From: a virus
Taxonomy: Duplodnaviria; Caudoviricetes
IMG/VR virus record: IMGVR_UViG_3300019784_003551
Span: 1-27,278 of that record
DNA length: 27,278 nucleotides
Direction: 5' to 3' (one strand)
Shown here: positions 1 through 5,694 of the stretch, piece by piece
Layout of the letters: every line of letters begins with the position of its first letter
Numbering within the stretch: the stretch's first letter is position 1
Notes under the pieces: model-generated
Told to the model about the DNA's origin: nothing
What the model saw: the letters and a program-made list of their open reading frames with translations, nothing else
The model's database searches: none
Made by a program: the position numbers and the translations under genes

Positions 1-88
1 GCCCAATCTCGCCATGCGCTGCCATGAGTGCCATTGTGGAGCTTTGCACGCCAGCCCCCAAGCTGATAATGTGGATTGGTTCAGTCAT
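1..88 (-). CDS. PAPS reductase-like / PP-loop adenine nucleotide alpha-hydrolase (N-terminal part, runs off window)
   Basis: Manual translation from ATG at 88: MTEPIHIISLGAGVQSSTMALMAAHGEIG. SLGAGVQS is a PP-loop variant (SxGxDS-like) seen in phage PAPS-reductase-like proteins. Confidence 0.75.
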   Translation of the reverse strand, partial: MTEPIHIISLGAGVQSSTMALMAAHGEIG

Positions 89-270
89 ATTGTTTCTCGT
101 CTTGGTGTTTTGGTTTTCATTGGTTCGTAAAAAGGTCGCGCCAGCCAACTTTCGTTGCAACTGCTTTGCCAAGAACTTTACCACCATTATTTATCTCCGT
201 GACTCTTTTCATTAGCCGGAAATACCTACTAGCGGACAAGGCAAAGGTGCGTATGCACAGCGCGGTTTTG

Positions 271-705
271 TTAAGGGTAAGTTATCGTGATTTGCGTGTG
301 CTCTTCCTCGCCTTTCGCGGCTTTGCGCTGGCTCGTTTCAACTTTGCACAGTTCCGGCGAGTCGTCTGGTATGAGGCCAGCGTATCGGCAGCAATCGAGA
401 ACGTATTTTTCACACAGCCCGTCCTCGTCTGCCAGTCTTTTGCGGACGCTTTCAACGCGGACAAGAAATCTTCCATCTGTGCGTCTTTGAACTTCTTTCG
501 CTTCCAATGGTGCATCGCTAGGATCGCGTTCCAGAGCGGCAATCGTCCCGGTATTTTGAGTGTCAGTGTTTGCATAAATTTCAATCTTCGCATCCCAAAC
601 GTCGCGCACCTTCCCGCCTTCCTTGGTCGGCGCGTTCACGTCCACGGCCTCACGATGCACGGGCTTTCGCTCTATCGCTCGGCGGATTTCTGGCGTTAGG
701 TTCAT
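271..705 (-). CDS. RusA-like Holliday junction resolvase, catalytic half
   Basis: RKRLADEDGLCEKYVLDCCRYAGLIPDDS matches the RusA R-x-D-x-D-N...K...D...G...DD pattern; ATGA overlap with the mom-like stop. The first ~75 aa do not look RusA-like. Confidence 0.7.
   Translation of the reverse strand: MNLTPEIRRAIERKPVHREAVDVNAPTKEGGKVRDVWDAKIEIYANTDTQNTGTIAALERDPSDAPLEAKEVQRRTDGRFLVRVESVRKRLADEDGLCEKYVLDCCRYAGLIPDDSPELCKVETSQRKAAKGEEEHTQITITYP
282..575 (-). CDS. Overlapping-frame ORF carrying a RusA-like N-terminal strand, PxxN motif and helix
   Basis: MQTLTLKIPGRLPLWNAILAMHHWKRKKFK resembles RusA-family N-termini (xxIPGxxPSxN...basic helix). Nested within 271..705 in another frame. Confidence 0.5.
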   Translation of the reverse strand: MQTLTLKIPGRLPLWNAILAMHHWKRKKFKDAQMEDFLSALKASAKDWQTRTGCVKNTFSIAADTLASYQTTRRNCAKLKRASAKPRKARKSTRKSR

Positions 706-1433
706 AGGTAGTGTTTTTTGATCGCCATCCGTATCCAGCGATACTTTGCCGCCGTTTGGACGCGCTTTAGTTTCAGTTCATCGCGGCTTTCCGCGACCGT
801 CTTTCCGTTTCTCCGGGCGTGCCGGAAGGCAAAACGGCGGTGACGCTTTTCGCCGTTCTCGTCTTCCAGATGCCACTCGGCATTTGTCATCCCGTGCAGC
901 TTGAAGCCGCTCGCTTTATAGACCGTTCCTTCGTGGCCTTGCTCTGGGTCTGCGAAGGCTATCAGGCAGTCATACGGGTATTCTTTCGCGGCCATCTTCG
1001 ACGTGAGCGCGATGAAGCGGGACAGCGGGTAGTTCAGCGGCGGCTCGGCTCTGCACATCCGTTTGATTTCCAGCACGCGCTCGACGCCGAGGAATTTTGC
1101 CTGATACGGATTCACGCCGATTCCATAGACGATGACGGCATACAGTTCGTTGCTCGCGTAGAGTCCGAAGCAGATGTTTTTGCCAGTCGGGATTCGGTGC
1201 GAGTAGTGCCAGCGCACCACCCATTGCTCCGCCGTTTCATTTCTGATTGGCCGGATTCGGAATTGGAGCGGTGAGGTCGGGTGCGAGCCGCCATCATCCC
1301 CTTGGAACAGGGGAAGCTCTGCGTTTGAGCTATCACCGCATAAATTTGGCCGTGTCCCCGAACCACCGGATGCAGCGAATGAGTGCCGCGCGAGCGGTTC
1401 AGGCAATTCGGACATTGTGGGAGCGGCACTCAT
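702..1433 (-). CDS. Mom-like DNA adenine modification protein (GNAT fold); true start uncertain
   Basis: Motifs IRPI...WHYSH, FGLY...AVIVYG, LEIKRMC, SRFI, LIAFADPEQGHEGTVYKASGF match the Mu Mom family (HY..., ELxR, S/A-F/Y-AD...GHxGxxYxAxxF). Confidence 0.85.
   Translation of the reverse strand: MSAAPTMSELPEPLARHSFAASGGSGTRPNLCGDSSNAELPLFQGDDGGSHPTSPLQFRIRPIRNETAEQWVVRWHYSHRIPTGKNICFGLYASNELYAVIVYGIGVNPYQAKFLGVERVLEIKRMCRAEPPLNYPLSRFIALTSKMAAKEYPYDCLIAFADPEQGHEGTVYKASGFKLHGMTNAEWHLEDENGEKRHRRFAFRHARRNGKTVAESRDELKLKRVQTAAKYRWIRMAIKKHYL
1264..1339 (-). tRNA. Non-canonical tRNA-Gly(UCC)-like element inside the mom-like ORF
   Basis: GCGGTGA-TA-GCTC-AAACGCA-GAGC-T-TCCCC-TGTTCCAA-GGGGA-TGAT-GGCGG-CTCGCAC-CCGACC-TCACCGC-T-CCA: 7-bp acceptor, 4-bp D stem, 5-bp anticodon stem, bulged T stem, U73, encoded CCA; 76 nt. 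Confidence 0.85.
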
Positions 1434-1454
1434 CGCTGATCCGGGACGCTAAGT
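1357..1454 (+). mobile_element. Integron attC-like site (degenerate)
   Basis: R''-like CCCGAAC; left arm CCGGAT[G]CAGCGA[A]TGAGTGCCGC pairs with GCGGCACTCATCGCTGATCCGG leaving two extrahelical bases; R'-like GCTAAGT (one mismatch to GTTRRRY). Confidence 0.65.
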
Positions 1455-1467
1455 GAAGTAAATGCGC

Positions 1468-1770
1468 TCATGCCGCCCTCCAAACGATTGCCTGTTTCCC
1501 GCTTTCGTTCTTTCGTGTCGTGCCCGTGTCGGCTATCTTACCAAGCGCGAGCAATTCAGTCAGGCGAGGTCGGATTGACAAAAGCGACTTGCCAACTTCC
1601 GCCGCGCACTCGTCAGCGGTCAAGTCTTGATGGAAGAGAACATCTAGCACCTTTTGCCGCAACGTGGGCGCTTTCTCTTTCATCGAATCCGCCGCCGCCT
1701 TGGATGTGCCGCCGCGCTTGTAGCCGGGGGCAGCGGGGTATCGGGCAAAGTCTAGTTCTGGATGGTTCAT
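1468..1770 (-). CDS. Winged helix-turn-helix DNA-binding protein
   Basis: TSKAAA...RQKVLDVL...LTADECAAEVGKSLLSIRPRLTEL...GKIADTG...GKQAIVWRA, a common phage wHTH pattern. Confidence 0.8.
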   Translation of the reverse strand: MNHPELDFARYPAAPGYKRGGTSKAAADSMKEKAPTLRQKVLDVLFHQDLTADECAAEVGKSLLSIRPRLTELLALGKIADTGTTRKNESGKQAIVWRAA

Positions 1771-1952
1771 TTGGTTATTTCCTTCTTCAATGCTTCAAAC
1801 ATCAAATCGCATTTCCCCCTTCCGACTTGGGCGATAAACAGCGGCATTTCGAGGAGTGACTTTATGCGATCCATTTGGTTCTGAGATTCGCCCATTTCTA
1901 CAAGTCTGCGAAATATTCTTAGCTGCGCCTTGGTGTATGACTTAGGTTTCAT
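1767..1952 (-). CDS. Hypothetical protein
   Basis: ATGA-coupled at both ends; MKPKSYTKAQ... Confidence 0.65.
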   Translation of the reverse strand: MKPKSYTKAQLRIFRRLVEMGESQNQMDRIKSLLEMPLFIAQVGRGKCDLMFEALKKEITK

Positions 1953-2164
1953 TTGACTCCTTTCTTTTGCTTCTTTTTCCACTTTAAAACGTCATCGCGG
2001 ACAAGCTCATCCGCGTCTGGAAAGTAGGCGTAAGTTTCGCCGTTAAACTTGATTGCCCCATAGTGCCTAGCGATGCTGAATTGCGTCTGGCTCACACCCT
2101 TGATCCCGTATGGAGTGCGCGTGTGAAGTTCACAGCCTTCTAACCCGTCTAGGTGTGTGCTCAT
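1949..2164 (-). CDS. Hypothetical phage protein
   Basis: 71 aa, ATGA overlaps with both neighbours. Confidence 0.7.
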   Translation of the reverse strand: MSTHLDGLEGCELHTRTPYGIKGVSQTQFSIARHYGAIKFNGETYAYFPDADELVRDDVLKWKKKQKKGVK

Positions 2165-2340
2165 TTGATGACTCCCTTCTTTTTGGTAATCTTGACAATG
2201 GCCGATCCGTAATCTCCAAAACTAGCTACGCCCTTCTGGCAATCCATGACGTGCTTTATGCACTGGCGCCTTCCCTTCGAGGTGTCGTATTCGATTTTGA
2301 ACTTAAACGTGGCTTCGATTATTTCGGTTTTGGTGCTCAT
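2161..2340 (-). CDS. Hypothetical protein
   Basis: MSTKTEIIEATF..., ATGA-coupled. Confidence 0.6.
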   Translation of the reverse strand: MSTKTEIIEATFKFKIEYDTSKGRRQCIKHVMDCQKGVASFGDYGSAIVKITKKKGVIK

Positions 2341-2519
2341 TTGATAGTCCTCCCCCATGCTGCCTTGCGCGGAGACTGGCACCCCTGCGCCTGTCGCTTT
2401 GGAAAAATCGCCTCGTAAAGGTAGTTGGTTTCTTTCTTGCGCGGGATGCCGCTTTTGCGATGCCCCGCAGCAGTGCCCGTGCGACGGGAATTAGCTGGTG
2501 ATGGTGTGGCGATGCTCAT
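2337..2519 (-). CDS. Hypothetical protein
   Basis: 60 aa, fills the gap with ATGA overlaps at both ends. Confidence 0.5.
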   Translation of the reverse strand: MSIATPSPANSRRTGTAAGHRKSGIPRKKETNYLYEAIFPKRQAQGCQSPRKAAWGRTIK

Positions 2520-3187
2520 ATCAGGCTTTCCGCCAGCCGCATTTCAACGGCAAGGTCGTCTCGGTTGTATTGCAGCGCGGCTTTTTGGTCGCTCGCCCAG
2601 AGAGTGCCAAAGTCCGCACCTGTTCCGCTCTTTTCGGGAAGCCCTAGCTCGCGCAGGACGGTTGCCAGCGATACGCGGGTGCCAAATTGCGCCCCGCTCC
2701 CCGCCAGCCAAATCTCTTGGAGGCAGCAAATCGCGTCGCTCCAAGGATAGCGCGGTTTGAAGGCGTTAAACACCCGCGCCGGCACTTTGATGCCCAAAAT
2801 CCAAGCGCGCTGAATGAGGAATGGCAAATCGAAGCCCTTGATAAAGTAGCCGCTGACAATGATTCCCTTGTCAAGTGCTCGCAGGATTTCAGCGAATGAC
2901 GCCTCGATGATAGCCGCTTCCGTCATATCGCCGATGTGATACTGCATCACGTTTTCGCCGTGACGGAAGCCGACGATTGCCAGCGTGCCGGATGTGGCGT
3001 GGAGTGCGCCGTTCGCAACTTCGTCGTTGCCGTAGTTGGCGCGGGCTTCTTCAATCTTCGCCGCGATTTTCGCCTCGTCCTTGAGCACGCCCAGCTTCAC
3101 TTTGGCGGGGTCAAACGGAGGTAGCTTGGCGCGAATGTCCGCTTCCGGCATTGTCAGTGTTTCGATGTCTATAATGGTTACATTCAT
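2516..3187 (-). CDS. DnaQ/PolB-type 3'-5' exonuclease
   Basis: ExoI IDIET, ExoII GYFIKGFDLPFL, ExoIII YNRDD. Confidence 0.85.
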   Translation of the reverse strand: MNVTIIDIETLTMPEADIRAKLPPFDPAKVKLGVLKDEAKIAAKIEEARANYGNDEVANGALHATSGTLAIVGFRHGENVMQYHIGDMTEAAIIEASFAEILRALDKGIIVSGYFIKGFDLPFLIQRAWILGIKVPARVFNAFKPRYPWSDAICCLQEIWLAGSGAQFGTRVSLATVLRELGLPEKSGTGADFGTLWASDQKAALQYNRDDLAVEMRLAESLI

Positions 3188-3206
3188 TGGTTTGTATTGG
3201 TAGAAG

Positions 3207-3238
3207 TTCCCGCCGCCGTTGGCTACGCACGGCGGGAA
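3207..3238. terminator. GC-rich hairpin between SSB-like and exonuclease genes
   Basis: TTCCCGCCG ... CGGCGGGAA 9-bp inverted repeat just after the SSB-like stop codon; weak U tail. Confidence 0.4.
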
Positions 3239-3247
3239 TTATAATTA

Positions 3248-3661
3248 CTAGAACGGGATGTCGTCCGGCTCGATGTCGGTCTTTTCCGGCTCCGTTGGTT
3301 TTGCGGGCGCGGCTTTCTGAGGTGCTGGTGCAGCCGATCCCTGCTTAGGAGCACGAACGCGGATGCCGCCGACGAGCTTTCCGCCCATGCTCACGTTTGG
3401 TTCATCGTAGGCAACGAGTTTGACGCCAGCCCAAAGGTCAGAGTCGCGCTGTCCCGTGAACTGGGCGATGATTTGGGCGTTCGTGCTGTTGAGCACCATT
3501 CCCTTTTCTTCTTCGTCAAAGTGAAGCACCCATTTTTCTTCGGGGCCGGAATCGCCCTTGATGATTTCTTGGATGCACTCACGAATTGTCAGCAGCTTTC
3601 CGCGCCCAAGGTCAGAGCGTTTAAGGTAGCTGGATTTTGTCATTTGTCCGATGTCAGGCAT
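3248..3661 (-). CDS. Putative single-stranded DNA-binding protein
   Basis: SSYLKRSDL...KGMVLNSTN...DSDLWAG...GGIRVR phage family pattern, Pro/Ala linker and SSB-type acidic tail DDIPF; adjacent to exonuclease. Confidence 0.7.
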   Translation of the reverse strand: MPDIGQMTKSSYLKRSDLGRGKLLTIRECIQEIIKGDSGPEEKWVLHFDEEEKGMVLNSTNAQIIAQFTGQRDSDLWAGVKLVAYDEPNVSMGGKLVGGIRVRAPKQGSAAPAPQKAAPAKPTEPEKTDIEPDDIPF

Positions 3662-3712
3662 ATATTTGATGTGTTATTGGTTTTGTGTTGTTTGTGTATT
3701 CTAGGGAAAGTG

Positions 3713-4261
3713 TTAAAAAAGAACTGGCTCTTTGATTTGCTGATTCCATTCAGAAATTGGAGCTGCCTGTTTCCTAAGATTGCACTTGGCGCATGAAACC
3801 ACTAGATTTTCGATGCTGTGACTTCCGCCCTTTGATAATGCTATAATGTGATCGGTGTGGCACAATTTTGTGGGCACTCGATTGCAGCACCAATAACAGA
3901 CGGAAAATCTCTTTCGCCTCCATTCCCTATCCCATTCGGACATAACTTTCTGATTTCCTATGGATGCGTTCTTTTTTCTTGCTCGGCGGGTTCTGCATCT
4001 TTCCCTGACTTTTTCTGGATTGGCTGCATTTAGTGCTTTCGCCCTATCCTTATTTGCGCTGTGATATTCAGCATTGTATTTACGAAGTTTTTCTTTGTTA
4101 GCTGCGGCCCAAGCTCTATTTAAGGCCAACATTCTGACTTTATGGGCATTGTAATAATCGGAGTTTCGCACCCTTACAGCCTGCGGGTCGGATGCTTTAA
4201 GCCGCTGATAGCGATCTGCATCGTATAGCTTTTTAGATTCTATTTCCTCTTTAGTTTTCAT
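3713..4261 (-). CDS. HNH endonuclease
   Basis: CYWC...HTDHIIALSKGGSHSIENLVVSCAKCNLRK; visibly more AT-rich than flanks. Confidence 0.9.
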   Translation of the reverse strand: MKTKEEIESKKLYDADRYQRLKASDPQAVRVRNSDYYNAHKVRMLALNRAWAAANKEKLRKYNAEYHSANKDRAKALNAANPEKVRERCRTRRARKKNASIGNQKVMSEWDREWRRKRFSVCYWCCNRVPTKLCHTDHIIALSKGGSHSIENLVVSCAKCNLRKQAAPISEWNQQIKEPVLF

Positions 4262-4383
4262 TTCGCCTCCTTCCGCTTCGCCGCCAGCGCGGCGCGAGCC
4301 TTCACAATGCTTTGAGCGAGCGCGGCCTTGCGCTTCTCGGTCATCGTTTTGCCTCCCTTAGAACTGAATTGCTTGTGAGTCAT
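4258..4383 (-). CDS. Small basic protein with KGG motif
   Basis: MTHKQFSSKGGKTMTEKRKAALAQSIVKARAA..., ATGA-coupled to the HNH gene. Confidence 0.55.
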   Translation of the reverse strand: MTHKQFSSKGGKTMTEKRKAALAQSIVKARAALAAKRKEAK

Positions 4384-4408
4384 TTGCGCTAAAGTATAGA
4401 AAGCGGCT

Positions 4409-4618
4409 TCAATGTAAATCCCTATTTTGTTCCGGGGTGAAAGGTTTCGGCTCATCGTTCGGGCGCAGCAGTTCCGCCTTGTCAAAGCAGGCTTTCATTG
4501 ACACGCGGCCAAGGGTGAACGCCATGATAAAGTCGGCGCGAGTTGTCGTCTGTCGCTTCTCGTATGGGATCGCGCTCCATACTTCATCGGCGGCTAGTTG
4601 GTGTTGATCGGGAGTCAT
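4409..4618 (-). CDS. Hypothetical protein
   Basis: 69 aa ORF with A/C-rich leader like neighbouring genes. Confidence 0.6.
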   Translation of the reverse strand: MTPDQHQLAADEVWSAIPYEKRQTTTRADFIMAFTLGRVSMKACFDKAELLRPNDEPKPFTPEQNRDLH

Positions 4619-4640
4619 TGGTTTGGTTTTTTGTTAGTTC

Positions 4641-4808
4641 TCAATTCAGCGGGCCGGACGCTACTACGGCGCGGAGGTTGTATTCACTACCCCCCAAAGA
4701 TGGCTTCCGCACAAAGCTAGTAGCGGTTGCGATATTTCTGCCGCTGGAACTAAACCAGCCATATTTCTAGTTTCTGCGTGTCTGCTTTCCACGCCGCCGC
4801 TGAATTGA
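4641..4808 (-). ncRNA. Candidate structured ncRNA with tRNA-like closing domain
   Basis: 12-bp terminal stem TCAATTCAGCGG/CCGCTGAATTGA enclosing several internal hairpins; intergenic. Confidence 0.55.
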
Positions 4809-4825
4809 AAGCTATGTTTCATTTG

Positions 4826-4963
4826 TTAAAGTAGGCTGGCAAAAGCGAGTGCCGCGACTATCAGCGCGATACAAAAGCACAGCACAGCGCGGTGAAATTG
4901 TGTTGCGCGCCAGTTGCACATATTGGCGGCGGTTTCCTCTGCGATTTGATAGGGTGTTTTCAT
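4826..4963 (-). CDS. Small membrane protein (45 aa)
   Basis: Manual translation MKTPYQIAEETAANMCNWRATQFHRAVLCFCIALIVAALAFASLL; C-terminal hydrophobic helix; too short for the ORF track. Confidence 0.6.
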   Translation of the reverse strand: MKTPYQIAEETAANMCNWRATQFHRAVLCFCIALIVAALAFASLL

Positions 4964-4966
4964 TGG

Positions 4967-5209
4967 TTAATGTTTTGTGAGCTTAGCAACCGCGTCCCGA
5001 TACTGGCGAACGCGAGCCGTGGTGATTGTCGCCTTGCCGGATTCCATCAGCGAGATATAGCCGTGCGAGACGCTGAGATAGTCCTTTATCGCCGTCAGGG
5101 ATAGGCCAGCGTCTTTGCGGAGCCGCTTGAGACGTTTGCCAATCGTGGCAGGGTTTGAGACTTGGCCGGAGCCAAGGCATTTCGGACAGTTGATTGAATC
5201 GGGTTTCAT
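4967..5209 (-). CDS. XRE/Cro-C1-type HTH regulator with N-terminal CxxCxGxG motif
   Basis: CPKCLGSG then GKRLKRLRKDAGLSL...SVSHGYISLMESGK. Confidence 0.85.
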   Translation of the reverse strand: MKPDSINCPKCLGSGQVSNPATIGKRLKRLRKDAGLSLTAIKDYLSVSHGYISLMESGKATITTARVRQYRDAVAKLTKH

Positions 5210-5276
5210 CGGTGATTTGAAGTTGTATCTAGTTAGTAACGGAGCGCAAGAAAAAAGTGAAAGTTTCTGCTTTTAC

Positions 5277-5414
5277 CTACGTAAAAAAGAGTTTGGCGAG
5301 CGCGAAAAAGGCGAGGTAGCACGCTGCCGCCGCAACGGGGCCAAGCGTTGCGCCGAGAATGACGGCGCGCACGTTGTCGCGGAGGTCGGCGGATCGAGAG
5401 CGGGTGGTTTTCAT
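5277..5414 (-). CDS. Small membrane protein
   Basis: MKTTRSRSADLRDNVRAVILGATLGPVAAAACYLAFFALAKLFFT; A/C-rich leader. Confidence 0.6.
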   Translation of the reverse strand: MKTTRSRSADLRDNVRAVILGATLGPVAAAACYLAFFALAKLFFT

Positions 5415-5458
5415 TGGTTGTGTTATTTTTGTGGTTAATGGTGACTTGTTGGGTGAGA

Positions 5459-5659
5459 TTACCAAGTTGCACGGCGCACAGAGTTTTTCTTGTGCCGCCC
5501 GGTTTTGGTGAGTGTGTTGGTGTATTCAGTGCCTCCGATAAAGAAGCTAAGGAAGCCCCCGCAATCGCGGACGTTGTTGATGTGCTCGCGGGAAACATTG
5601 ATTTCCGCCGCAATTTCAATCAGGTGTTTTGTGCTGTCGTAGGTGCTGGTGTTTTTCAT
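5459..5659 (-). CDS. Hypothetical protein
   Basis: 66 aa, directly downstream of a sigma70-like promoter. Confidence 0.65.
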   Translation of the reverse strand: MKNTSTYDSTKHLIEIAAEINVSREHINNVRDCGGFLSFFIGGTEYTNTLTKTGRHKKNSVRRATW

Positions 5660-5665
5660 GTTTTT

Positions 5666-5694
5666 ATAAAACCATCCTTCCCCGATTCATGCAA
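5666..5694 (-). promoter_or_regulatory. Sigma70-like promoter, probably leaderless
   Basis: TTGCAT-N17-TTTTAT with upstream TG; ATG 6 nt after the -10 box. Confidence 0.5.

Noticed and set aside
460-505. Canonical -1 slippery heptamer joining the two RusA-like frames
   Set aside because: No X XXY YYZ heptamer was found at the junction, so a standard programmed frameshift is not supported.
695-701. GTTAGGT as the left core site of a mom gene cassette
   Set aside because: It fits GTTRRRY but is not complementary to the attC R'' (CCCGAAC), lies in the RusA-like ORF start, and such 7-mers are common by chance.
1264-1339. Prophage attachment-site tRNA remnant
   Set aside because: The cloverleaf is complete with paired stems, sits mid-operon, and no integrase or host boundary is nearby.
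4641-4808. tmRNA or intron-containing tRNA
   Set aside because: No G3-U70 pair, no CCA, no canonical T loop, no anticodon halves, and too short for tmRNA. Kept only as an unknown ncRNA candidate.
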